DNA from: Eremomyces bilateralis CBS 781.70
Lineage: Eukaryota
Assembly (NCBI GenBank): GCA_010015585.1
Contig: ML975150.1
DNA length: 64,000 nt
Reading direction: 5' to 3' (one strand)
Shown here: positions 11,714 to 23,564 of the stretch, one piece after another
Position numbering within the stretch: position 1 is the first letter of the stretch
Layout: each line of letters begins with the position of its first letter
Position numbers and translations under genes: made by a program
The notes under the pieces: generated by a model
What the model was told of the DNA's origin: nothing
Database searches by the model: none
What the model saw: the letters and a program-made list of their open reading frames with translations, nothing else

Positions 11714-13403
11714 ATGGGCCCCGTGAAGATGTGAGTCGGCCCCTATTCCCCGTATGATCGATGTATCAATTCTGACAACATCCAGTGCGGTCATCGGGTC
11801 GATATGCGGCCAATTCAAGACGGTGTTCAGCAAGCTCGCTGCGCTGCATGAGAAGAACGCATTTGCCTTCACCATCGTTGTCGGGGACATTTTCGCCGAC
11901 CCTTCAGAAGAGAATGAAACCAAGGAATCCGAGTTGGAAGATCTCATGGGCGGTGGAATTGAAGTGCCGGTGCCGACGTATTTCACCGTGGGACTGTCTC
12001 CCTTCCCAGACGCAGCGGTTGGGAGATTGGATGAGCATGAGGGAGAGCTGTGCCCCAACCTGTTCTACCTTGGACGGAAAAGTACGTTTAAGACATCCGA
12101 TGGCATTAGAATCGTGGCCTTAGGCGGTGTGTTGGACCCGACCGGGACGCACACCAATCCCCACGACAAGTACCGCGTGGCGTACACCGAGGCCGAAGGG
12201 AAAGGCCTCAAGGGGGCTCATTCGGCCGACATCCTCATCTCATCCGAATGGCCCGCCGGGATCCAAAAGGGCTCGCGCACCAAGCTCCCCTCCGAATCCA
12301 AAGACTGGTCCGCGTCCCAACCCCCCGCCGACGTGTGCGCCGCCCTGAAGCCCCGCTACCACTTCTCCCCGTCCACCCTCTTCTACGAGCGCGAGCCCTT
12401 CTACCACCCCCCCACTGACCCCGACACGTACGCGTACCCCGTCACCCGCTTCCTCAGCCTCGCCCCCTTCGGTAACCCCGCCAAGCAGAAATGGATCTAC
12501 GCCTTCACCCTCGCCCCCGCTGCCGCCCCATCCGTGACCATCCCCCCCGGCGCGGGTCCCTCCCCGCTGCTCCCCACGACTCGGAAGCGCCCCGCTGACT
12601 CGGCGCCGACGTACTCGCGCTTCGCGGACGACGGGCCTCCGCGGGGCCGGGGCAAGCGGCAGAAAGGCCCGCCGCCGACGCCGGGGGAGTGTTTCTTCTG
12701 CCTGTCGAACCCGAACGTGGCGACGCACTTGATCGCGTCGATTGGTGAGGAGGCGTACGTGACGACGGCGAAGGGGCCGCTGACGACGCCGACGACGTTT
12801 TCGAAATTACCGTTTCCGGGGCACATGCTGATCATTCCGCAGTCGCATGCGGGGACGCTAGCGACAATCGGGGAGGCGGAGGGGGTGAGGAGGGTATATG
12901 ATGAGATGCAGCGATTCCGGGGGAGCCTCCATAAGATGCTGGCTGAGCAGGGAAACGGGGAACTGGGATCGGTGACGTGGGAGGTCAGTCGCGCCAGCGG
13001 GATCCACACGCACTGGCAATGGCTCCCCGTGCCCGGGCGGCTGCTGAACAAGCGGCTCGTGGAAGCGGCGTTCAAGGTGGAGGCGGAGAACGAGAAATAT
13101 CCGAAGTTCGTGGCGAAGGACGTGGGCGACGGGGTGGGGGAGGAGGGGGACTTCTTCCGCGTGATGGTATGGTACCCGCCGCAGGAGGGGGCGGAGGGGA
13201 GCCGGGAGACATTCTTGACGCTGTATTTGGACCCGGAGATCCGGTTCGATATGCAGTTTGGGCGGCGGGTGTTGGCGAAGCTGCTGGGGTTGGAGAGGCG
13301 GTTGCATTGGCAGGATTGTGCGCAGTCGGTGGACGAAGAGGGAGCGGACGCCGAGGCATTCAAGGCGGCGTTTGCAAAGTTTGATTTTACGTTACAGGAG
13401 TAA
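11714..13403 (+). CDS. CwfJ C-terminal domain protein (Drn1/CWF19L1-like, debranching-enzyme associated)
   Basis: Exon 1 MGPVKI, intron 11731-11785. Pseudo-metallophosphoesterase N-terminus (PTYFTVG, LCPNLFYLG, ADILISSEWP, KPRYHF) followed by CFFCLSNP, AKGPL, GHMLIIP, HTHWQ, FDMQFGRRVL. Confidence 0.9.
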
Positions 13404-13527
13404 GAGTCTACATCGATTCCAACCATCCGATGCCCGCCGTTGTACTACTCCGCGTTCCCTATTCTTCGTCGTGCCGCATATCGCGACACCTTGTGTGCGA
13501 GAAGTCTGATGTCCATCGGGCGGGACT

Positions 13528-13983
13528 TCACAGCTTCGAAGGGACGCGAACCTTGCCATTGGTAGACATCCTTGCCCCGGGATGTGGTACCGTCGATGGC
13601 GGGACCGGTCTTCGTCCCCCCGATTTCCGTGAGTCGGCAGCTGGAATATTCGAGCTGTTGGTGTCCGCCGTTAGCCAACCGCTGTGCGGTCCTACCACCT
13701 CGACGGTCAGGGAGTCGCGAGGGGGTTTTTCCGTCCCGTCCACCCGAACGACTGGTTCCAGACGGAAGATGTTCAAGTCCGGAAGTTCGCAGTCAGGGCA
13801 CGGTCGGGGGTTGTTGTCTACGGTCATGAGGGTGTCGTGCGTAGGAGATGTGGTGACAGTGCTGGGGGCGTTGAAGGGGAACGTGGTGATACCTTGAACG
13901 AGGGGAGCTACCACATGGGGACACAGCTTGATCGTGTCGCGGTGATGGAGACATGAGTAGATAATGCGATGGTTTCGACACAT
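13528..13983 (-). CDS. Small hypothetical protein with Cys/His motif
   Basis: 151-aa ATG ORF beginning MC-x8-C-x-H...C with a later CPDC, a pattern common in small fungal hypothetical proteins. No family recognised. Confidence 0.45.
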   Translation of the reverse strand: MCRNHRIIYSCLHHRDTIKLCPHVVAPLVQGITTFPFNAPSTVTTSPTHDTLMTVDNNPRPCPDCELPDLNIFRLEPVVRVDGTEKPPRDSLTVEVVGPHSGWLTADTNSSNIPAADSRKSGGRRPVPPSTVPHPGARMSTNGKVRVPSKL

Positions 13984-16488
13984 GCTGCCTTGACGCGAAC
14001 AGACCTAATAAAGCTTCCGTATCTGATGCTTGGTGCAGGTCGAGGTAGCCAATGGTACTGTGCCATGAGAGACACAACATCTTCGAGCTGGCGAGGGAAT
14101 TAATAGTCGTCCCGCCACTGGGTGACAGCGGCTCGGAGATTTCCGCCATCAGCAGCAAATCATCATTAAGCATTGCTCTCCTTTTCTGTGAATGGAGGAA
14201 AGGAGGTGGATATGGACGGATAATAGCCCTGGAATATGGGAAATGCTCCCGAGTGGACGTGGCGTCTCGGTTGCAGGAGGGATAAGGCTATTCTGTAAGC
14301 CATAACGGTCGTGCTGCAGAGGGACCCGGACGAAGCAAGTTCTAACCCTTCCTGTGAATCCTGTCTCACCGCGTGGAGGCCCTGCCAAGTTGCCAGCGCA
14401 TTGATACATATCTTGATTACCTACACTCCGGCGAGGGCACGCATCTACCTAGCTAAAGAGCAGCACCTGGATGGCTGTATCAGTGTATCATGATCCTCCA
14501 ACGAGGACTGACGGGAGTTCTGTTGGAGCCTGGAGTGGAGGTTCCCCCATGCAGCGGTTCCTGCCTGTTTGGACGCATGGATACCAGTGGAGACGCGTGT
14601 GAGCTTTCAGAGGCAGTCCATGTCAGCCGTCAGGTCCTGTCTTGCATCTGCAAGCAGCAGCAGAGGCTAGAGGTGTGGATTTTCGTCGTGGAGCATGTAA
14701 CCATGCATGTGTAAGACCAAGTTTCAAACACATCACACAATCGTCAACAACACAACATTACTTGCCTGTATCCAGGGTCGCAGATGCTTGGATGAGTTGG
14801 AGACTTAACTTGGAGTATTTAATTTCGTGTTGGTTGTAGTTGTGGTTTGGTGCCACTTTCGTCCTGTATCTTTCATCAATGTTCAAACTTGGGACTGGTT
14901 GCAGGACGCGTTTTGACCGCGTCTATTACGCGCAATGGGCCAATCCATAAATCGCCTAGTGGATAACCAGGTGCCCCTTGTCCTTTTGTCTGCAGCCAAT
15001 AACCATCTATGAACGTTGTTCAGGATTGCACGTGCACCTGGCTTGGCGACTCCAACCTCCTCCACTCTTCAGTTCGTTCAGTTCCTGGCTGTAATTCAGT
15101 TCCCACTCTTAACACTGCAACCAGCAACTCGCCCTCTTTCCCTCTCTATCACCATCCCCCCTAATAATAACCAACATCCATCCCCCAAGACCCAATACCA
15201 ACCCCTTGTTACTCTGCACCTTTCGCTCTCAACTTCCTGCAGCAAGCCAGCACCAGCACAACTCTGCCCTCGCCCTGAGGTACCCTCGAGCTAGACAACG
15301 GTGCTGCAGAATCATCATCCTCGCAACTCACAACAGAACCGACCACCCACCACCCACCACCCACAACCCATAACCCGAACCCACCACCCACAACCGACAA
15401 CACTCTTTTTCGGTGCATAGGTGCAGCATCCTCGATTCCTCGTCCACCGCTCGACCGTTCGAAGCCAACCATTCCGCTTTAGGCGTATTAGCTCCCTTCA
15501 CTTGACGCTCCCGAAGCTCGAGCCCTCCCGTTTTCCACCTCACCTGCGTCGAGCACATCCGGCATCCGCCTAGCATCCCATCCCCATCGCCCATCGTCAA
15601 TCCTCCCATTATTCACCCTCTCCTCCTCAATCTATCCTCGTGGATTTTCTTCAATTCTCGACTCCTCCAACTATCGACTCCTCGTCCCCCGAACCTCGTG
15701 GACCACCGTCCCTCTTGCTTCCGGCAATTGGATGCCGGCCTATCTTGCTCGTCTCCAAGCTCCATCGTGTTGAAACCGCCAACGCACTCTATTAGCGCTC
15801 TCCACCATCAATCCACAACTGAGATCCACGCCTCACCGCAAGACCTGGGGACCTTGGGACCGGATTCGACTTTATTCCAACATCTTTCCCTTCCCACAAC
15901 AAACAACAACGCGATCAAACCAGCGGCGATTCCGTGTTGTTTGAACTTCGCTGGTTCGGATCGTGATGACCTGCTGACCGCGATCGCCGTTTGAATCCCT
16001 TCGATCTCGCGACCCATCGTCCTCCCAATAACCTCCTTACTGTCGACTGCTTGAAAGAAGAGTAACACGGTGTGCTTGTGTTGGCTAGATTCGCCAAGAA
16101 GGTGTTGAATTTTGGAACTTGGGACATTCTTCCGTTGTTCTTTGGGGCAAGGACGGAGCGCGAATCAGCGCTGTCGCAAACACTCTATATCGCAACGGCG
16201 ATACTCTTGAAATACTAGCGACTCCCAACAATTCCCTAAGAGCGCGGAAGGGATCGAACACGCATAAGAGCAGTGATTGTGGCTGGATTGGAAGTTCAAA
16301 CCTTACATTGACAGATGCGATCGGCCATGCTGCGTGTTTGTTGGCCTTGATCCTGCGCTTGCCCGATCTCAAATTGATTGGATTGGATAGCGACTGGCTT
16401 TGGGTTCCCTTACATACACCTTTAACCTTCATCCCTTTCGTGATTGAGGAGACCTTCGTTTATTTGTGGACCCTAATCCCCTTCCAAT

Positions 16489-18405
16489 ATGGCGCCTATC
16501 CGACAGAGCGCGTCCGCGACATTGCCACGAAACTTCACCTTCCATTACACCGATGGCGACCATCCACGGACGCCAGAGCCTGTCGACGGCCAGTTGATTC
16601 AGGAACCACCTCGACCGCCTAGGCAAACATTTCGCATCCGCCGGAGACGACAGGACGACAAACCCACCGTTTCGGTCAACGTCGAATCGCAACTTTTGCA
16701 GGAGATGCCCATCCCCACGATTGAAACCTCGGAGGCCCCGACCAGCGATTACTTTCCTTCCTACACGGAGTCTCTGAATCCTTTTTCCGACCGCTTGCTC
16801 TCACCCATGCCGATCGACACGCGCGACAAAACTCCTCCACGGACGCCGCTTGGACAGACCGCGACATACCACCCTGTACATGGCGCTGGCGTGGATTGGT
16901 CGTCCCCAGATTGGAAGAGTCGGGGCGAGAGCATTAGTCGCCCTTCGACCGCCTGTTCCAACTTCTCCGATTCGTCCCTCTCATCGAGCATCAGCATGGA
17001 GTCCTTCCCATCGTTTGGAGGGAGCTGCACGAGTCCTGACAGCGAGATCGGTGACTACGTAAATTATCGTAAACCCCTCTACACCCACCCTATCTCTTCT
17101 CCTTTGCAAAATCTCGGAGCGCGACCTGCAAAACGTTTGATGATGCGGAAGAAGACACGGTTCACCGCGGAGATGGACAACCACCTTTGGTTCACGTACA
17201 TGGTGTACCTCCAAGACCCGACGGTCACCCCGTTCAAGATGCTTCCTGGTACTGCACCACCTCTTGGGGTCTGCCATCGTGTGGTTCGTGAAGCGAAGAA
17301 GTCCTGGAAGGAGGGCAAGGTATTGAGTGGACCCCGAAACATCCCTCGCCCCGACCCGTCTTCCAGACTGCTGGCGGATTCTCCGGACACGATCAAACCG
17401 GCGACGAATGGCAGCTGGAGCCCCACGGTTATTGCTACGCCCAAGCTGCATGCCAAATGGCCTCGATCGGATGCGGCAACTCGACGACGATTTCGCGAGT
17501 TGTGCAAGCGAAAACCTACGCTTTCCGCTCATTATCAACGGATGTTGATGCGCAGCCCTTCTCCATTTACCTCGTCCTCTCCTCAAGTTGGCTCCCGATC
17601 TCGGCGATCTCGACGTAACACACCTTTCGAAGGCCCGTCTAGTGTTAAGGCATTCTCCACGAGAGATATGAACGTCTCCCTTGCGACCAGCACATCGAAG
17701 ACGATGCAGCTTGGAAATCCGCTTGCGCAGCTCGCGGAGTCGGATCCACCTCGGTCTTCCGACGGGACTGAACGAGCCACCCCCCGACCACTCACCCATC
17801 AAAAGAGCCAGTCCCTTAACATCGGTCTTGGATCGGAGAAGCGCGTGTTGGACTCACCATTCAACCCGCGCCGCATCGAGAAAAAGAGTGCCACACTCGG
17901 CCCCGCAACGCTCAACTCGCCCGTCCAATTCCAGTCCTCTTCCCTCTCCCGCTCCTTCAAGCGCCACGCACAGCAGATGTTCGACGACGATTTTCCCGCC
18001 CCCAGCCATCCCCGCGGCTTATTGCAGGACGTGTTCGACGGCATCCCCGAGCCGCACCATCGCCGCGTGCGCAGCCGCGGCTTCAGTCTCGGCGACATGA
18101 CAGAAGGCCCGCGGAACATCGCCTCGCTGTTCACCCCACCGAGCACGTGCGAGCAGCCCCCAATCTTCCATCTTCCCGTCGACGAACCGGCGGTCCCCGT
18201 CGACGAGGGTATGGCCGACCCCGCGGGGATCCGCTCAGCCCGGTTGGGTTCGCCATTCATGGAGCGGCAGCGTAGTCGGCAGATCCAGACGTTTCCGCGC
18301 AACTTCTTCAGCCAGAGCCACCCGTCCGATGCGCCTGGCCCGGGCCCTGGCGCACTTCTCGATGTCTTCAAACCGAACGCGAACGCGAACCCTTTCTTGG
18401 GATGA
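16489..18405 (+). CDS. Conserved fungal hypothetical protein, Ser/Pro-rich with a globular core
   Basis: Uninterrupted 638-aa ORF with a good start context (CAATATGGCG) and an ordered core FTAEMDNHLWFTYMVYLQDPTVTPFKMLPGTAPPLGVCHRV. Confidence 0.8.
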   Translation: MAPIRQSASATLPRNFTFHYTDGDHPRTPEPVDGQLIQEPPRPPRQTFRIRRRRQDDKPTVSVNVESQLLQEMPIPTIETSEAPTSDYFPSYTESLNPFSDRLLSPMPIDTRDKTPPRTPLGQTATYHPVHGAGVDWSSPDWKSRGESISRPSTACSNFSDSSLSSSISMESFPSFGGSCTSPDSEIGDYVNYRKPLYTHPISSPLQNLGARPAKRLMMRKKTRFTAEMDNHLWFTYMVYLQDPTVTPFKMLPGTAPPLGVCHRVVREAKKSWKEGKVLSGPRNIPRPDPSSRLLADSPDTIKPATNGSWSPTVIATPKLHAKWPRSDAATRRRFRELCKRKPTLSAHYQRMLMRSPSPFTSSSPQVGSRSRRSRRNTPFEGPSSVKAFSTRDMNVSLATSTSKTMQLGNPLAQLAESDPPRSSDGTERATPRPLTHQKSQSLNIGLGSEKRVLDSPFNPRRIEKKSATLGPATLNSPVQFQSSSLSRSFKRHAQQMFDDDFPAPSHPRGLLQDVFDGIPEPHHRRVRSRGFSLGDMTEGPRNIASLFTPPSTCEQPPIFHLPVDEPAVPVDEGMADPAGIRSARLGSPFMERQRSRQIQTFPRNFFSQSHPSDAPGPGPGALLDVFKPNANANPFLG

Positions 18406-19390
18406 CCGAGCTTTGCCGCCCAGCCTCATTGCATTCTAGGCGTTCAGGAGATGGCTTTCTTGCATGATCTTCGTCGGATACTCCGGCATTTCTTCACTTC
18501 TTCGGTACCTGCATTCGTGCATCCCTGTGCTTTTCGGAGGCGAACACGGAGCATTCTCAATTCATGATTCGGTCACCGGAGGTTTATGGCACGAAAGTAA
18601 TCCGGCGCATCTATCTTCCCCTCGGACGACGTTTCGACTCCAGGTCTAATCTCGCTTTGCGGGCGCTTATCCACGCCGGACGTCAGGTCGGGAAGAACAC
18701 GAGACACAACGGGAGATGCGATTGACGATTGATGACCGCTTTTCATGTCCACTGACTTTTTTTTCCCTTCCCATTCTTTTCATGACGAGACGAAATTGCA
18801 TATGCTGCACAGACGATGATCGGGCTCCTTGTTTCCGGCTGCGTGGGTGTGCGCCTGGTGCCAGCGTCGTCATGGACCTGCACTCGCCACACCGTGGCCT
18901 TCGATGTAATTTAGATACCTCCGACAGAAAATGGATCATTCAGCCCTACATTGATTTCTTGCGTTGGTTTCTGATGTGAATGTTCCCTAGATCCTGACTT
19001 TTGAGGCTGCTGATGACCGTCACCACTGGATAAGCGACCTAGGAGTTTGGGGCATTGAAGTGAAAACCCTTTAACTTTCTCTGCTTATAAAGCTTGCAAT
19101 CACCCCATACTGGCCAAATACTTATGGCATTCGTGACCCCAATTTGAATCTGTAGTGTGTGCATCGCGATTGAAGTATGGTTGAGCGAAAGGTGATTGGC
19201 CCACAGAACTGTTGGCGCAGCAACGGATCCGTAACCAAACATCGCACTCATCCCACCACTCACTTCAGCCTTGAGTTATACAACATCAACCACCGTCAAT
19301 CCTCTTGCGGAAGAACACGATTTCACTCTCGTTTATCGAGCAGTTCCCACATCATTGGTCACCGCGTACCCGACGCGTGGAAACACCACC

Positions 19391-22300
19391 ATGGCCGCAT
19401 CCAGCGACCTTATCGACTTCAACGCCATCGAAACCCAGAAAGAAAACATCCAAGCCCTCCCCAGCGGTCGCTCCGCGAAAGCCCTCGCCCAACTCTACTC
19501 CCCCCTTTCTCCCTTTGCGCACCCCTCCCCTCCCGACGCGCACCACGCCGCCCGCCAGTCCTTCGAGCGCGAACTCCACCTCCTCGCCGACTCCGACGAC
19601 CCCCTCGACATCTTCGACCGCTACGTGAAATGGACTCTCGACGCCTACCCCTCCGCGCAAGCGACGCCCGCCTCCCAGCTTCTCCCCCTCCTCGAACGCG
19701 CCACCAAATCCTTCCTCGCCGCCCCGCACTACCGCAACGACCCGCGCTACCTTAAGCTCTGGCTCCTGCACATCCGCTTCTTCGCCGACGCGCCCCGCGA
19801 AACATACCGCTTCCTCGCGCGCAACGGCGTCGCCGACGCGCTCGCGCTGTTCTACGAGGAGTACGCCGCGTGGCTGGAGGGCGCGGGCCGCTGGGCGCAG
19901 GCGGAGGAGATCTATCTGATGGGGCTAGAGAAGGAGGCAAGGCCGGCCGAGCGGCTGCTGAGAAAGTTCGCGGAGTTTCAGCATCGGAGGGATGAGAGAG
20001 CGCGGGAGGGCGGCGCGGATGATGGACCGGGGAGCCCGGCGTTGCCGACGGTAAGGCCGGCGTTGGCGGCGAAGGTGGATCCGTTTGCGGGGGCGGTGGA
20101 AGAGGGGGATCCGCAGGCGAGGACGAGGGGGGAGGGCGCGGTGAGGACAACGGGGAGGAATAAGTTGGCGATCTTTTCGGATACGGAGGGGGGTTCGCAG
20201 GAGGCGCTGGGGGCGGGGGGCGGTGCGAAGTGGGAGAGTATTGGGTCGTATGAGGAGCGGAAGAAGGAGAATACGCGGGAGGCGAAGCCATGGGTGGGAG
20301 AAACGTTGAAGGGTGGTGGGAAGCGAAACGTTGGGGCACCGAAGATGATGATCTTTAAGGACGGGGTACGTTGAAACCCCTTTTTCTTTACCCCTTTCCC
20401 TATCCCTCCTTTCTTGACCTTGTCATTTACAATTGCAGGACTAATGTTTGTGGGCATTCTTGCCGTTCCATGTATTTCAGTCATTAGCACCATCGCAAGA
20501 GCGACATGAATCCAATCCGTGGCATGAGCAGCAGGAGACCATCAACCCCAAGACCGGGCGAAGGGAATGCGTGTTCGTGAACCTCGAGGCCGTGTACCCG
20601 TCCCAGGACGACATGAGCAGCGAATTTTGCTTCGAAGAGCTGAGAGCAAAGCACCGTGGGTGGCTTGACATGGACTGGAGCTGCCAGCCGAGTGTGAGAG
20701 AGCACGAGTCACATCCGGATGAGTTGAAGGAGGATATGGCGGAACGAGTCGTGTCTGAACTCGCCGAGGACTTGCAAGAGGTGTTGGATGTGAACGATGA
20801 GAATGCTCCACCGTCACCACGGGAGCTGGAAACGATCAAGAGAGCGAAGAAAGCACGCAGGGAGGAGAAGGCCAACCGTACAAGAAAGATCAAAGTTTTG
20901 GAGGTGCATGCTGCTACTCAAATCGGTACTGTTCACGGCACTTGAATTTACGAGTCAGCTAACAAGGTCTATAGTCCAAGCGAACCTATCGTCTCCGAGT
21001 GGCCCAAAAATCAAGCGGAAGAAGACCGCAGAACCGACTATGACAATCAACACCAAGGAAGCTATGGATGAAATCTACGACATCTTCAATCAGCCCCTCA
21101 AGGGATTCGAACCCGCCGAAGAGCAGCAAGAGGAGGAAGAAGAGAGTGAAGACGATGAGGACGATTACACCAGTGCAGGGGAAAGCACCGGCACTGGAAG
21201 GATCTCTGCCACCACCAGCGACTACGGAGATGAAACGACTGCCGCAGACTTCACCGAAGCAGGAAGTGTAGGGGGGAACGATACGGCCAACGATACTGGT
21301 ATTTCTGGTTTCACTGATTTTAGCGAGGCTAAGAGAGCGGACGTCGATGAAGAGGACGACACCGAGTCACAGGAACTGGATGCTCATACGCCAGTGGACG
21401 AAGAATTCCAGGACGATGTTCGCTCAGACGGACTGGATGAAGCGCAATTCGACTCGCCAGCAGACGATGAGGAGGAGTATGACGACAGGCAAAGCGCCGC
21501 GCCATACTCATACCCGGAACGATCCCGAGGAGCCGGAAGGCGTCTGCCGTTCATGACCCCGATTGTCGAGAAAACGGAATCGTCTCTTGGTGCCGTCACC
21601 GCCCTCGCTGAGAAGAACTACATCCACGCTAAGACACCCTCTCGAAGGCAAGGGGATGCGACGCCTGCGATTGCCGAGTCCGATGATGACGACCCTTGGA
21701 GCAGCCCGTTCCATAACATGACTGGAGACGGGCTGGAGGACCTGAAGAAGGCCATGCGGACAGGTAACGACGCGCCCAAAATCAGCCAGCCACAGCTCGT
21801 CCCATCGAAGCCTGCGCCCATTACCAATTTCGAGAAGGCGAAGGAGAAAGCTGCCAAAGGGCCGATCATCCACGACGCACAATGCAATCCTTGCGACGTC
21901 GCGATCAGAAACACGATCTTGGAAAATGCTCAGCCTCTATTGGCGGCTCATGATGGCTACTACAATCATCAGGACAAGACGAAAGGTATGGGTTTCGAAA
22001 TCCAGAAGTTCATCAAAGCTTCCGTAAAATCTCGCAAGTCTGGACATGACAAGACGGCCCCGAATCTGCTCCTCCCACCAACCATCAACCTCGAAGGCAG
22101 TGATCGAACATATACAGTCAAACGTGAACTCGGCAAGGGGGCCTATGCCCCTGTCTATCTCGTCCAGAGCACCGAGCGAACTCAAGATGAAGACGAGGAG
22201 CCAAAGGTCCAGATGGGCAAAGGCGAATTCGGCATCAAGCGACAAGAGCTCGAAGCCATCAAGATGGAGGATCCGCCCAACGCATGGGAGTTCTATCTCG

Positions 22301-23148
22301 TACGGCAAGCGAAGCGGAGACTAGGCGTTTCGCGCGCCGCGGAGTCGATCATTAATATTTACGAGATGCACCTGTACATGGACGAAGGCTACCTCATCGA
22401 GGAATATCGCGACCAAGGCACGCTGCTGGACCCGATCAATCTCGCGCGCATGGACGTCGCCGGCGGCGGGTTGCTGGACGAGCAGGTAGCCATGTTCTTC
22501 ACGGTCGAGCTGCTGCGGACGGTCGAAGCGCTGCACGCGAAAGGCATCATCCACGGCGACCTCAAGGCCGACAACGTGCTCGTGCGGTTCGAGCACGGCG
22601 TGCGCTCATCGGCGTGGTCGTCCGCGTACGCGCGCGACGGGTCGAACGGCTGGGCGGACCGGGGCGTCGCGCTGATCGACTTCGGGCGCGGCATCGACAT
22701 GAAGGCGTTCGTGCCGTCGGTGCAGTTCTTCGCGGACTGGAAGCCGTCGGAGGTGGACTGCGCGGAGATCCGCGAGATGCGGCCGTGGACGTACCAGGTC
22801 GACTATCACGGGCTGGCAGGGGTTATCCACACGCTGCTATTTGGGAAGTACATCGAGACGACGGCGGAGCGGGCGGCGACGCTCGGGGCTGGAGCGACGA
22901 AGACGTATAAGATCCGGGAACCGTTGAAGCGGTATTGGCAGACGGAGCTGTGGTCGGAGCTGCTGAACGTGCTATTGAATCCGTTGATGCATCTGGACGG
23001 CGAGGAGGGGAGCAAGATGCCGATGTTGAAGGGCATGAAGGCATGTCGGGAACGGATGGAGGCGTATCTGGAGAGCAATTCCGAGAAGGGTCTGGGGTTG
23101 AAGAACCTGCTTAAGCGGCTGGAGGTGAACTTGAAGGAGAAGAGATGA
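19391..23148 (+). CDS. BUB1: Spindle assembly checkpoint kinase Bub1/Mad3-type
   Basis: N-terminal KEN box (IETQKENIQALPSGRSA), Mad3/Bub1 TPR region (DDPLD; YRNDPRYLKLW), second KEN, GLEBS-like EFCFEELRA, and kinase domain (LGKGAYAPV, IIHGDLKADN, LIDFGRGIDM). Introns at 20366-20480 and about 20925-20973. Confidence 0.95.
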
Positions 23149-23564
23149 TGAACGCGGTTCCTTGTGTTTTTCCGTGCGAATAAGGGTCGGATGGAAGCAT
23201 TATGTCGTATGCGGCGTTTGTCTCAGGGGTTGGAAGTCACATTGTTTATGCGGGAGGGTATAGCTGGATACTGTTGTCGGCGTTGATGGAAGGCACCATG
23301 ATATCCGCTCAAGATGGTTGCTTCTCGTTTAGCACAAGTAACTGTTAATTCAATAGATTTTCGTTGTTACCTGTGTGACTAAATTACATTCCCAGTCGTC
23401 TACATCAACCAGTTCATTGCCAACTAAATCTCTTTGTCAGATTACAGATATCAACACTGAACTTGTCCTTGATATTCTTTGGAAAATGATGCCTGGGCGC
23501 CTTACTCCGCCTTAACTTCAATACATGTAATTCGTAACAGGGATCCGATACCGAGTTCACAACA

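Noticed and set aside
12240..13426. Many long overlapping or antisense ORFs over the CwfJ gene (also over BUB1, the MIT gene and the UGGT 3' end)
   Set aside because: Shadow ORFs caused by high GC3 and skew; they translate to low-complexity Pro/Arg/Gly sequence.
19271..19390. TTG-initiated N-terminal extension of BUB1
   Set aside because: The ATG at 19391 has an ideal context (CACCATGG) and family similarity begins right after it.
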